The notes under the pieces were generated by a model that worked only from the letters and a program-made list of their open reading frames with translations, was not told the origin of the DNA and did no database searches. Shown here one piece after another: positions 1 through 10,277 of a stretch of DNA of 64,000 nt. The position numbers were made by a program, and so were the translations under genes. The stretch comes from an uncultured Gammaproteobacteria bacterium. Lineage in GTDB: Bacteria; Pseudomonadota; Gammaproteobacteria; UBA9214. Location of the stretch: positions 107,887 through 171,886 of the forward strand of contig CAVYZN010000017.1 in the NCBI GenBank assembly GCA_963773065.1, given 5' to 3'. The first letter of the stretch is position 1. The number at the start of each line of letters is the position of its first letter.

Positions 1-634
1 GATTCAGGAAGGCAATATCGGCCTGATGAAGGCCGTGGACAAATTCGAGTACCGGCGCGGTTACAAGTTTTCAACCTATGCGACGTGGTGGATACGCCAG
101 GCCATAACCCGGTCCATCGCCGACCAGGCGCGCACGATCCGCATCCCGGTGCACATGATTGAAACCATCAACAAGCTCAACCGTATCTCGCGCCAGATGC
201 TGCAGGAAATCGGCCGGGAACCAACCCCGGAAGAACTGGCCGAGCGCATGGACATGCCGGAAGACAAGGTACGGAAGGTCCTGAAGATCGCCAAGGAACC
301 GATCTCCATGGAAACGCCGATCGGCGATGACGAAGACTCCCATCTCGGGGACTTCATCGAGGACACCAACATCGCCTCGCCGATCGACTCCGCCTCTATG
401 GAGGGCCTCAAGGAAGCCACGCAGGATGTGCTGGCCGGCCTGACGCCGCGTGAAGCCAAGGTACTGCGCATGCGTTTCGGCATCGACATGAATACCGACC
501 ACACGCTGGAAGAAGTCGGCAAGCAGTTTGATGTCACGCGCGAGCGAATCCGGCAGATCGAAGCCAAGGCCTTGCGCAAGCTGCGCCACCCCACCCGGTC
601 GGAACCGTTGCGCAGCTTCCTGGAGATAGATTAA
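1..634 (+). CDS. rpoD: RNA polymerase sigma-70 factor, 3' part (runs off window start)
   Basis: [37 protein letters not shown] (region 2) to [22 protein letters not shown] (region 4). Confidence 0.98.
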   Translation, partial: IQEGNIGLMKAVDKFEYRRGYKFSTYATWWIRQAITRSIADQARTIRIPVHMIETINKLNRISRQMLQEIGREPTPEELAERMDMPEDKVRKVLKIAKEPISMETPIGDDEDSHLGDFIEDTNIASPIDSASMEGLKEATQDVLAGLTPREAKVLRMRFGIDMNTDHTLEEVGKQFDVTRERIRQIEAKALRKLRHPTRSEPLRSFLEID

Positions 635-670
635 AAAGACGGAACGGTGGCCGACCACGCCGGAAAGCGG

Positions 671-699
671 TTGGTCACCAAACGCCGCACGGCTATACT
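671..699 (+). promoter_or_regulatory. Putative sigma70 promoter of the tRNA
   Basis: TTGGTC-17 bp-TATACT, 20 bp upstream of the tRNA. Confidence 0.55.
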
Positions 700-718
700 C
701 TCCGCCCTGTGCGCATAC

Positions 719-795
<77 letters not shown>

Positions 796-962
796 TATCT
801 CCTGGAAAATCTTGGCCTTATGACATTCGGACCGGGGGATCAGAGTCCCTTGGTGCAACCCATAGCGGGCGCATAGGCAGCAATTCGGGTGACCAACCTG
901 TTTGCCAACCGGCAAGCCACCTGTGCGCATAGCTTACCGGCAAGGTGCCGGTGCTTCGTCCG

Positions 963-1625
963 TTAATTCGCGGGTTCAACCGCAATCGCCATGGATTCCG
1001 TACTTACCACCTCCACGACATCACCTGCCTTCAATTCCTTGAGGTAATGCTCCAGGTGTGAGTCCTTCACCGATACGGTCCGATACCCCTTGTCGGGAGC
1101 GCGGAATGAGATGGTTTTCTTGTAAGGATCAACCTCGACAATTTCAACGGTTGTCGTGACCACCCGTTCGGCTTTCCCGGCCGGCTTCGCTCCGAGGGGA
1201 GCGGTCCTGCTCATCCCCCCAGTAACTGTTGTCCCCAGATCGGGTTGCTCCTTACCGGGCTTGTGGATATTAAGCGCCGTGCCTTCATAGTATTTGATGT
1301 TGACCTTGTCGCCGACTTTCACCTGGGGTAGGTTTTTCACCTCCTCACCTGCCCTGATGGTCACCAGCCGACCTTCGGGACCCTTGATGGTGACCAGTCG
1401 ATTGGTCATGTCCACCGCCTCTACCGTAGCCGTTGCCTCGATCAGCATGCCCGTGTCGATCTGTTCCGGCGTCGGGTAGAGATGTGTTGTATCCGGCGGC
1501 ATTTTTTGCATTTCTGCCTCTAGTCCGGCAGCGAGCACTGCAGCCGGCAGTGATAGTGCCAGTACGGCAGAGAGAATCAGGTTTGTTGATTTTTCCATCT
1601 TGAAATCTCCTCGTTGTTTAAACAA
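963..1625 (-). CDS. Exported hypothetical protein with two beta-rich (OB-fold-like) repeats
   Basis: Signal peptide after MEKSTN with GAGGAG RBS; repeated 'ATVEAVD..RLVTIKGPEG' / 'VEIVEVD..KTISFRAPD' units. Confidence 0.75.
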   Translation of the reverse strand: MFKQRGDFKMEKSTNLILSAVLALSLPAAVLAAGLEAEMQKMPPDTTHLYPTPEQIDTGMLIEATATVEAVDMTNRLVTIKGPEGRLVTIRAGEEVKNLPQVKVGDKVNIKYYEGTALNIHKPGKEQPDLGTTVTGGMSRTAPLGAKPAGKAERVVTTTVEIVEVDPYKKTISFRAPDKGYRTVSVKDSHLEHYLKELKAGDVVEVVSTESMAIAVEPAN

Positions 1626-1694
1626 TGTAAAAATAAAGATACCTAACGCTGAATTCTGTCCTTGCCTTCAGTATCTTTAACGCCATGTTACCGG

Positions 1695-1825
1695 TGTTGT
1701 TTTGCAGCGAATGTTGACCCGGGATTTCCATTGAACTTTGACCCATCCTGTTGAGCCGAGTATGTCTCAGCACACGGTCATTTTTCCAGGTTTCCCTCCT
1801 TTTCGATACTGGCGGTGCTGTTCTT
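1695..1825 (-). mobile_element. IS21-family right-end relic (istB 3' tip plus terminal repeats), copy 1
   Basis: TG terminus, internal repeats AATGTTGACCC/AACTTTGACCC, peptide KNSTASIEKEGNLEK; homologous to 10278-10460. Confidence 0.7.
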
Positions 1826-1827
1826 GA

Positions 1828-1972
1828 TCAAGCCACGTCCGCATTCTTGTTGATCTGTCGCAGTGTCTCGATGATCTTCCTGCTCTCCTGCTCGCCGAGC
1901 ACGCCCTGATCGTTGATGTTGGCGAAGGGTGTGTCGAACATCGCCTTGGGTTCCATGACACCGTTCTGCCTG
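1828..1972 (-). pseudogene. C-terminal fragment of a type I restriction subunit (HsdR-like)
   Basis: Manual translation RQNGVMEPKAMFDTPFANINDQGVLGEQESRKIIETLRQINKNADVA* resembles HsdR C-termini. Confidence 0.55.
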
Positions 1973-2020
1973 AAATTTCAACAGTCCCGAAATAACCGAT
2001 AGTTAGATTGCTTCGAGGCG

Positions 2021-2143
2021 ATCCGTCGGATAACGGGAACAGGGCCGTGGGGTCGCGAACCCCTCCCTTCGTCGTCCGGTACCCGATGGCGGGCGGATGG
2101 CTGCTTCAGTCCCCCGCCAAGTGTGCCGGTCACATCGACGGAT
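2021..2143. ncRNA. Candidate structured RNA or leader
   Basis: Nested complementary stems ATCCGTCG/CGACGGAT, CCGGTAC/GTGCCGG, TGGCGGG/CCCGCCA, GGGG/CCCC. Confidence 0.3.
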
Positions 2144-2488
2144 TACGTTTTTAAGATACTGTCCTGAAAGTAATAATCAATTATCTGCGCCATCGCGCAG
2201 ATTCCCGGTCTGACTCAACAGTCCTGCACCGTCAATCGTCAGGCGATGAAATCCAGTGGCGATTTTCTCATATCGCAATTTGTTTAACCCCTGCGAACAC
2301 CCCGTCCGGGAACCCGCCTTGTTGCTTCTGAAGATGGCTGTTGAGCATTCGCTGCTGGTTCTGTGCGCCGGATCACACAAATATTTTTGACTCGTGCCGT
2401 TACCTATCTGGTGTGGTCCATCAGCACCGGTAACACGCCCTGATGCACCTGGTTACCAATCGGAAGGGACTCACTGAGGAACTGATTT

Positions 2489-3736
2489 ATGAAAGAAACC
2501 TTAATCAATTACCCGCTGACCATCCGGGTCACGCAACTCGGACTAATCAAACTGCTGCTGACACTCAGTCTTGCCACGGCGAGTCTACCGACCTTCAGCG
2601 CCAATAATCTTGCGCCGGTAATCAGCGGGATGCCGGCCACCTCGGTGGCGGCGGGCAGCAGCTATAATTTCCGGCCCACTGCCACGGACGCCAACGGGGA
2701 TAGATTGAGATTCAGAATCGCCAACAAACCCGCTTGGGCGAACTTCAGCAGCAGGACCGGGCGGCTCAGCGGCACGCCCGGGTCGGGCAGTGCCGGGACC
2801 TACAGCAACATCGTGATTTCGGTGTCTGACTGGACGGCGCGCGCGCGCCTGCCGGCGTTCAGCATCCGGGTCAATTCCGCAACGACGACCACCAATCGCG
2901 TGCCGGTGATCAGCGGCACACCGGCGACTTCGGTGTTGGCTGGCAACGCCTACGCCTTCCAGCCGAGCGCCACGGACGCCGACGGGAATACGCTCAGTTT
3001 CGGCATCGGCAACAAGCCCGCCTGGGCGAGCTTCAACACGTCGACCGGACGCTTGAGCGGTACGCCCGCGACAGGCAACGTCGGGACCTTCAACAACATC
3101 GTGATTTCGGTGTCTGACGGGAAGTCAACCGCCAGCCTGCCGGCATTCAGCATCCAGGTCAATGCCACAACGACTACCACCACCAATCGTCCGCCGGTGA
3201 TCAGCGGCACACCGGCGACTTCGGTGTTGGCCGGTAGTGCCTATGCTTTCCAGCCGAGCGCCACGGACGCCGACGGGAATGCGTTGACCTTCAGCATCAG
3301 CAATAAGCCCGCCTGGGCGACCTTCAGCACTGCGAACGGTCGCCTGAGCGGCACACCCGCGACAGGCAATGTCGGAACCTACGGCAACATCGTGATTTCG
3401 GCGACTGACGGGAAGTCAACTGCGAGCCTGCCGGCGTTCAGCATCCAGGTCAATGCCGCTTCGGCCCAGACCGGAACTGTCACCCTGAGCTGGACGGCGC
3501 CCACCAAGCGCGCTGACGGCACGCCGCTGTCCCTCGCAGATATCAACGGCTATCGGATCCATTACGGGAAATCGGCCGGTGACTATACCGGTCATGTCAA
3601 CCTGGCTGATGGTACCGCACAGCAAGTGACCCTGATCGATCTCCCCCTCGGCACTTATTACCTGGTCATGACGACCTACGATGTCGTTGGCCTTGAAAGC
3701 GGTTACTCGTCGGCGGTAACCAAGAACGTTCAATAA
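2489..3736 (+). CDS. Secreted protein with three putative Ig (He_PIG/cadherin-like) repeats and a C-terminal FN3-like domain
   Basis: Signal peptide; 3x PVISGxPATSVxAG...ATDAxG...NKPAWAxF...GRLSGTP; then VTLSWTAP...GYRIHYG...GTYYLVMT. Confidence 0.88.
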   Translation: MKETLINYPLTIRVTQLGLIKLLLTLSLATASLPTFSANNLAPVISGMPATSVAAGSSYNFRPTATDANGDRLRFRIANKPAWANFSSRTGRLSGTPGSGSAGTYSNIVISVSDWTARARLPAFSIRVNSATTTTNRVPVISGTPATSVLAGNAYAFQPSATDADGNTLSFGIGNKPAWASFNTSTGRLSGTPATGNVGTFNNIVISVSDGKSTASLPAFSIQVNATTTTTTNRPPVISGTPATSVLAGSAYAFQPSATDADGNALTFSISNKPAWATFSTANGRLSGTPATGNVGTYGNIVISATDGKSTASLPAFSIQVNAASAQTGTVTLSWTAPTKRADGTPLSLADINGYRIHYGKSAGDYTGHVNLADGTAQQVTLIDLPLGTYYLVMTTYDVVGLESGYSSAVTKNVQ

Positions 3737-3928
3737 GTATCAGGACAGCACCGCTGGACCGGAACCAGTGCATGTGGCGAGATGGTTTTCTGGGGAACAG
3801 ATTATGTGCCAGACAAGCTGGTCCATGACCGCAACACGTGGATAGGCGGACTGGAAAAACAGCAATGTGCATTGTTGTGTATTGAGCAGTAGAGAAAGCA
3901 GCGCGACACACCAGCAGTGACCTGACCT

Positions 3929-4075
3929 TCAATACAGCCAGTTCAGCCTTCCCCGCCGTTCGGCCTCTCGCCGCTCCTGCATGACCCGCTCCTGCTCGCG
4001 TCGCTCATAGGCCGCCAGCAGATATATAAACTCCTGCAACACCATCTCGCGGGGCATTCGCTTGATGGCTTCCAT
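3929..4075 (-). CDS. Possible 48-aa charged helical small protein
   Basis: Open frame MEAIKRMPREMVLQEFIYLLAAYERREQERVMQERREAERRGRLNWLY*; no recognised family. Confidence 0.3.
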   Translation of the reverse strand: MEAIKRMPREMVLQEFIYLLAAYERREQERVMQERREAERRGRLNWLY

Positions 4076-4131
4076 GCAATGAATCTGGCATGGCCCGTGG
4101 CGGGGTGTCCGTCAGATGTGTCTGCATGACC

Positions 4132-4255
4132 GTGTACATATTTGTACGAACAGGTAATCTGCCTTTTTCATGATCAACATCAACAGCCAGTCAGGTGGTG
4201 CGTGGTAAGGTTTTCCCCGATCAGCCAGTAACACAATCAGGCTGGAATAACTAAG
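4132..4255 (+). repeat. Diverged ~125-bp intergenic repeat, copy 1
   Basis: Shares GTGTAC, AGGTAATCTGCC, TTTCATGATCA, CATCAACAGCCA, CAATCAGGCTG, ATAACTAAG with 10526-10654. Confidence 0.85.
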
Positions 4256-4286
4256 TGCTCGCTTTAGAATTAATTCACATTAACTG

Positions 4287-4696
4287 TTGATACCTTATCT
4301 GTATCTACTACACACCCGAACCTCGGGGCGCAACTACCGCTTCGACTACGAGGAAGCAGACCACATCGAACTGCTGACGCTGCTCAAGAGTCTGCCCTGC
4401 AACGTCATTCTCTCCGGCTACCCCTCAGCCCTGTACGACGAGCGGCTTTCGGGGAGTGGCGCCGCCTGGAACTGCAGGTCATGAACCAGGGCGGGGTGCG
4501 CACCGAAAAGCTCTGGTTCAACTTCACCCCCGACCGGGTGCACTGGGCCAGTTACGCGGGCAAGAACTTCACCGACCGGCAACGCGTCAAACGCAAGGCC
4601 GCGAACTGGGGGAAGCGCTACCAGGCGCTGCCCCGGGCGGAGCGGCTGGCGGTGCTGGCTGCCATGATGGCGGTTGAGGCCGCGCAGACGGCATAG
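4287..4696 (+). pseudogene. 5'-truncated DNA adenine methylase-like passenger gene, one frameshift
   Basis: PYL..TRTS..YRFDYEEADHIELL...VILSGYPSALYDERL then GGVRTEKLWFNF; typical C-terminal half of small Dam/D12-class methylases. Confidence 0.7.
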
Positions 4697-4720
4697 CTCC
4701 GTCTGGGTGAGGCGCAGCTC

Positions 4721-6172
4721 ATGGCCAGCGTCAACAAGGCATCCCTCAGGGAAGAGTTCGATGCGCTAAAGGGAGAATTCGAGCGCCTGTGCGCCGCTGG
4801 CAAGCTGGCGGCGGAAAGCCGCGCCCTGTTCCAGGCCCTGCTGATGCTGTTCGAGGTGCTGATGGCGGTGTTCATGGAAAAGCACACCGCCAAAGACAGC
4901 CGCAACTCCAGCCTGCCTTCCTCGCAGACGGCAAAGGACGACACCGCGGCGATCCAGCCGGGCGCCAACGGCAAGGGCAAGGCGCAGAACGGCGTCCTGT
5001 CCGGCAACACGCGCACGGTGGAGACCGTCCAGGTCGCCCCCGTCGACCAGTGCCGGAGCTGCGGCGAAGACTTGAGCGAGACGCCCTGCCAGGGACACGA
5101 ACGGCGTACCCGCATCGACATCCTCTTTGAAAAGGTGGTGAGCCACGTTGACGCCGAGATCAAGCAATGCCCCCACTGCCAGGCGCAGACCAAGGGTCAG
5201 TTCCCGGCGGACCTGTCCGGCCCGCTGCAATACGGTCCAGGGATCAGGGCGTACGTCCTGAACTTGCTGATCGCCCAGATGCTCTCGCTCAAGCGGGTGC
5301 AACAATCGATCAGGACACTGATCGGTCTGGCGGTCTCGCAGGCGACGCTCCTCAAATACGTGATGCAGTTGCACCATGCCCTGGCGGCCTGGGAGCAAGC
5401 CGCCATGGAACAGATCCTGGCCCTGCCCGCGATGCATGTGGACGAGACCTCGTTGCGGGTCAATAAAAGGAATCACTGGATCCATGTCTGCTCCTCAGGC
5501 GAGATCACGTTGAAGTTCCTGCACCCCAAGCGGGGGCGCGCGGCGATTGAGGCCATTGGCGTGATCCCCCGCTATGGCGGGGTGGTGATCCATGACTGCT
5601 GGGCCTCCTATCTCGCCTATGACCAGTGTGGCCATGGCCTGTGCGGTGCGCACCTGCTGCGGGAGTTGACCTTTATCGTGGATGCCAATGGTTACCCCTG
5701 GGCGGCGCATATGAAGCGCCTGCTGCAGCAGACCTGCTGCCTGGTCGCAAAGCGGAAAAGCAAGAAGCTGACTCAGGGCGAATACAAGAACCTGCAGAAA
5801 CGCTATCGCACTATCCTCACCCAGGGCGAGAAAGAACTCCCACCCATTCCCTCCAGACAGAACGGCAAGCGCGGCAGGATCGCCAAGTCAGACGCCCATA
5901 ACCTGTGGGAACGCCTGAAGCAGCATGAGGCGGCCGTATTGCTCTTTGCCAAACTCTCGCCTGTGTCCTTCACCAATAACCGGGCCGAGCGTGACTTGAG
6001 GATGAGCAAGGTCAAGCAGAAGGTGTCGGGCTGTTTTAGAACAAGCCAGTACGCCGAGGCCTATTGCCGCATCTCCAGTTACTTACAGACCATGGCCAAT
6101 CAGGGATACAATCCACTGGTTGCGATCCAGTTGGCCTTCTCTGGGCAGCTTTATGCTGTAAGGGGTGCGTAG
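4721..6172 (+). CDS. IS66-family transposase
   Basis: KDSRNSSLPSS, CxxCG zinc finger, HVDETSLRV, HDCW, CGAHLLREL, FTNNRAERDLRMSKVKQKVSGCFR. Confidence 0.95.
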   Translation: MASVNKASLREEFDALKGEFERLCAAGKLAAESRALFQALLMLFEVLMAVFMEKHTAKDSRNSSLPSSQTAKDDTAAIQPGANGKGKAQNGVLSGNTRTVETVQVAPVDQCRSCGEDLSETPCQGHERRTRIDILFEKVVSHVDAEIKQCPHCQAQTKGQFPADLSGPLQYGPGIRAYVLNLLIAQMLSLKRVQQSIRTLIGLAVSQATLLKYVMQLHHALAAWEQAAMEQILALPAMHVDETSLRVNKRNHWIHVCSSGEITLKFLHPKRGRAAIEAIGVIPRYGGVVIHDCWASYLAYDQCGHGLCGAHLLRELTFIVDANGYPWAAHMKRLLQQTCCLVAKRKSKKLTQGEYKNLQKRYRTILTQGEKELPPIPSRQNGKRGRIAKSDAHNLWERLKQHEAAVLLFAKLSPVSFTNNRAERDLRMSKVKQKVSGCFRTSQYAEAYCRISSYLQTMANQGYNPLVAIQLAFSGQLYAVRGA

Positions 6173-6593
6173 TTACCTTTTCTCAATCGGAACAATTAAA
6201 TCGACGCGGCGCCGTGGCGACGGCTGATATTGGGGCGACTGACACCTCATTTACGGTCGATGCAACAGATAATGCAACGACAGGATTCCCGCAGACTGGC
6301 AACTTCCAAGCCACTCTGACAAAGGACACCACTCATATTGAGGACGTTCTTGTTACGGTTGGCGGTCCTACCACGCTGAATGTTGTTGGCGGTGTTTCTG
6401 GAAGGGCACAGAATGGCACAACTGCCGTCGATATCAGCGTGGCAAATAACATTGTTCAGATTGTTGAGTCAGATTTCCTTGGTAACGGCGGGACGGGCGC
6501 TTATTGGTCTCGCGTTTCTCTCAACTCAGGCAACAAGTATATCGGTATGCAGCCTGCTGTTGGCGCACTTGTACAATACTCCAAGCAGCTTGC

Positions 6594-8016
6594 GGGTGTG
6601 ATTCAAACTGATGTGGAAATTTGATCATGCTGCTTGCTTCAAATCCTTCGCCCAATACGCATCCCACTGACGGTTCGCACGATTGAGTCGTAAGGCCAAC
6701 ATGTAGTCGGCATTTGCCGCACGCCACCAGGCGCCCGGGCGCTTTAATCGCTGTTGGACAATGTAGCGGTGGGCGCTTTCAATTTCTCCTGAACCAATCG
6801 GTAAGTCGTGGGCCAGCGCGCCTTGGTAATTGAGTTGTTCGCGCCGATGGCTCAGATACCGGTGGCACTGCCTCACGGGCGCATCGCTGTCCTGTACATC
6901 GGGTGCTTCAAGATGCGGCTGTAGCGCTTGCAGGAGTTCGTCGGCTCGCTGTGTTTTGAGTCGGATTTTCTGCTCGTCCAGCCACGTTTTTTGCCCATCT
7001 GCCCGGGCTACGATGGTCTTGGCGGCAGCACTCAGGTAGTCGCACACAGGGTAGAAATCAAGCAAGTAGCTGCCCTGTGCGCCAAATTGGTCTTCTACCT
7101 GATCGGCGATCCATTGCGCCCCATCGCCCACGGCATGAATACGGGTGACAGCGCCAAATCCGGCCTGCCGGGCGCAGTCAAAGAGCTGCTGCCCCGCTGT
7201 GGCGACGTCGCCTTGCAGAGTGCCGCCATAGGCCAGCGTCTTGCTTCCCTGTGGGTGTGCCAGGCAGATTTTGGCCTCTTTCCATTGCAGCTTTTTACCC
7301 TTGCGTTGGTCTGGCTTGCTGACATCCGGCTCTACTATGGGCACCATCCCACCGTCCATTTCGACGATCACGACGGCGCTGCTGCCGGGCTGTGTGGGCC
7401 AAGCCAGGGGCATCCTGGCTGTCTCGAATATCTTTTGGGCGTGTCCCTCGGTAATGCGGCGAATAGTGCTCTCGCCTAGAACAATGCCATAGTGTTCAAC
7501 CAGTTTGTCCATCACTTGAGCGAAGGCCTGGTCAGCCCCAAAGTCGGTCACTGCGCGCTGCAGCGGGCGCGAACAGCCTCGGTGGCTGACGTTGGCGCTT
7601 TGCGCAAAGGCGCGCACCCGCTTGGTTCCGCAACGCAATTGCGGCTCCTCTGCGCTGATGTCACCAAAGGTGGTGTGCCAGCAGAGTTTTTTTACCCTCG
7701 CGTTGCACTTGTCCACCCCGGCGAACGGCTTGTTCCGTTATCTCGATTTGCCTGTTCGCCCAGGCTTGCATGGCCTCTTGACCCATACGACGTAGCTCTT
7801 CGATCAGACACATCTCGGCGGCATCGGCTTCTCTCAAATCTCCGGCTGAGTCTTCTATGACAGCAAGCATCGACGCTATTCGGCTTTTGATTTGCGGGTT
7901 TGCATTGAGCCCCTTCATGATCGCTTCGTCGCTCGGCATCTGTTGCTCCGTCATGGCTTGCCCTTTCGCGTTGGATAAATTCGCCAGATTACGCCACATC
8001 AGTTTGAATCACACCC
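6594..8016 (-). mobile_element. ISKra4-family insertion sequence, 1423 bp
   Basis: Perfect 23-bp TIR GGGTGTGATTCAAACTGATGTGG; 9-bp TSD GCAGCTTGC at 6585-6593 and 8017-8025. Confidence 0.92.
6625..7999 (-). CDS. ISKra4-family transposase in two overlapping frames
   Basis: EMDGGMVP, VGDGAQWI, LLDFYPVCDYL, PIGSGEIESAH; frames overlap at an A7 run near 7687-7693. Confidence 0.85.
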
Positions 8017-8471
8017 GCAGCTTGCCATGATGAGCTTTGTATTTGATGGCTCAGAATTTGAGTTTTTGTGTTTTGGCAGCATTGGGTTCCTTGTTATCGC
8101 TGATGGAGTAATCCAGCACGCTCCAAACGATTTTATAGAAAGTCCATATGCAGGAAGCTACTGGCATAAGTTTGATTTCGGCTCCCGCAAGACTAGAAAC
8201 ATTGTCATCGTATACAGTGCCACAATAGCCGCTGTGGCATTTGCAGCAACAGATACTATGCTGCCTTGGGATCGTTCTTCCGACGTGACAATCTCTTGGG
8301 ATGGTGATTCCTACGGTCAAACGGAAGGCTATACATTAGGCAGCAGACCGAATGGCGGTGGTCTTGGATTGTTTCTCGAAACCATGTTGCGCTTCGGCAT
8401 AACGAACGTCAACGTAGTTGCGAATATCGGTGGGACAGGGTATCTGTCAGAAGCACCACAGTCACCACCTA

Positions 8472-9639
8472 GTGTAGTGCGTCAATTAGAAGTGCTCTTA
8501 TTCAATGCGGCGCGAGCGCGGGTGACCTTGGCGAGGATGTCGCTGGCCTTGGCGGTCCAGATGAACGGTTTTGGTTTGGCGTTGTGCGCTGTGATGTACT
8601 CATTGATAGCGGCCTCCAACTCGGCCACGCTGGTGAACACGCCGCGGCGGATGCGCTTGTCGGTGATGTCGCGGAAGAAACGCTCGACCCTGTTGAGCCA
8701 GGACGCGCTGGTGGGCGTGAAGTGCATATGAAAGCGCGGGTGCTTGGCCAGCCAAGCCTGGACCTCGGGGTGCTTGTGGGTGGCGTAGTTGTCCACGATC
8801 AGGTGCAGTTCCTTATTCTTGGGCGTCTTGCGATCGATCATCTTCAGAAACCGCAGCCATTCCTGGTGCCGATGGAGTTGATCGGTCATCGACAGCACTT
8901 GGCCGGTGAGCATGTTCAGTGCCGCGAACAGCGTCGTCACGCCATTGCGTTTGTAGTCGTGCGTCATCGTCGTTCCCCGCCCGCGCTTGAGCGGCAGGCC
9001 GGGCTGCGTGCGGTCGAGCGCCTGAATCTGCGTCTTCTCATCGCAGCACAGCACCAGCGCGTGCTCGGGCGGATCGAGGTACAGACCGACGATGTCCTCG
9101 AGTTTCTCGATGAAGCGCGGGTCGTTGGAGAGCTTGAAGGACTCGACCCGATGCGGCTTGAGCCCATGGGCGCGCCAGATGCGGGCCACGGCAGACGCGC
9201 TGGTACCCAGGCGGGCGGCCAAGCTGCGCGTACTCCAGTGCGTCGCTCCTTCGGGCGTCTCCTCAAGCGTGATGCGCACCACCTGTTCCACGTTGGCGGC
9301 TTTGCGCGCCGTGCGCGGGCGCCCCGGGCGCGTGGCATCTTGCAACAGACCGTCCACGCCAGCGGTGAGAAAGCGTGCTCTCCAGCGCGCTGCAACGCGG
9401 CGGTCAGTGTCGAGCTTCTGGGCGATGTCCTTGTCCGACATTCCGTCGGCCGCCAGCAGCACGATGCGAGCGCGCAGCTGAACGCGTGCTTCGACGCGCT
9501 TGCGCTTGGAGAGAATTCGCAGGCGTCGATCATCGTCGGCACTCAACTTGACTGGCTTGGCAACTCGCATGGCACTGTCCTCCTGTATAGTTGGAGGCCA
9601 GATCGCCATATAAGTTCCGTTATTTATGACGCACTACAC
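8472..9639 (-). mobile_element. IS630-family insertion sequence
   Basis: TIR GTGTAGTGCGTCA / TGACGCACTACAC; TA duplicated inside a CTAG target. Confidence 0.93.
8482..9570 (-). CDS. IS630-family transposase
   Basis: HTH, CCDEKTQIQALDR, THDYKRNG, IVDNYATHKH, HFTPTSASWLNRVERFF. Confidence 0.96.
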   Translation of the reverse strand: MRVAKPVKLSADDDRRLRILSKRKRVEARVQLRARIVLLAADGMSDKDIAQKLDTDRRVAARWRARFLTAGVDGLLQDATRPGRPRTARKAANVEQVVRITLEETPEGATHWSTRSLAARLGTSASAVARIWRAHGLKPHRVESFKLSNDPRFIEKLEDIVGLYLDPPEHALVLCCDEKTQIQALDRTQPGLPLKRGRGTTMTHDYKRNGVTTLFAALNMLTGQVLSMTDQLHRHQEWLRFLKMIDRKTPKNKELHLIVDNYATHKHPEVQAWLAKHPRFHMHFTPTSASWLNRVERFFRDITDKRIRRGVFTSVAELEAAINEYITAHNAKPKPFIWTAKASDILAKVTRARAALNKSTSN

Positions 9640-10277
9640 TAGTTTCCCACATCCGAAATTCAATGCGCTCAATCGTATTGCCGCTACCACGTCCAGTTTA
9701 GAAACAACGATTTTCTTTGCAGGAAATGGTCACAACGACTGCAACCTTGGAAAACCTACGGACGTTGCTGCCAACATCCACGCGTACTTTGCTGCGATCA
9801 GAGCGGCATGGCCCAGCACGGTTATTGTCGCAGCGGAGTATTACCAGCAGGGCGCCGGATCAACTTCGCCGGCAGCTTTTCAGCCCTACGCCAATATGCT
9901 CGCGCAGGAACCGGCTATCCTCGCGGGACTTGAATCGGCGGGAGGACCTTGGGTTTATATCAATACAATGGAAGGTACGTGGCAGAACAGTAACGGCGCG
10001 AGCGGTGTTTTCAATACGCTCGGAGTACCGCTGATCACTGGAACAGGATACGGAGGTGCGCCGGGATACGCAGGTGGTCACAGCACTGGTGTCGGTAACG
10101 CCGATCTGATGATCAGAGACGATGGCGTGCACCCTTCTAACATCGGTGCGCATTATCTAGGCGATGCGACGGCAACTGCTATCATTGCAGGTGTGCTGGC
10201 GCTCTAACGGTGTGGCACCAAGCTGTCGGGGGGCCTTGCGTATGGCAGAAAGTGGATCATGTCAGATGATGCGCCTG

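Larger units (their letters stand above)
4287..6176 (+). mobile_element. IS66-family element; right end ...GGGGTGCGTAGTTAC, left end missing
   Basis: IS66-type TTAC terminus at 6173-6176; no matching left inverted repeat found. Confidence 0.7.
6177..10207 (+). pseudogene. Phage-tail-like SGNH/GDSL esterase gene split by two IS insertions and 5'-truncated
   Basis: Segments 6177-6593, 8026-8471 and 9642-10207 join in frame; SGNH blocks GDSY, GGTGY, GHND, DGVHP. Confidence 0.85.

Noticed and set aside
885-915. CCAAC direct repeats after the tRNA as integrase arm-binding sites
   Set aside because: Too short, and no integrase or partner att site supports it.
2610-3460. ~290-bp tandem nucleotide repeats as a non-coding array
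   Set aside because: Fully explained by the three Ig-like domain repeats of the 2489-3736 protein.
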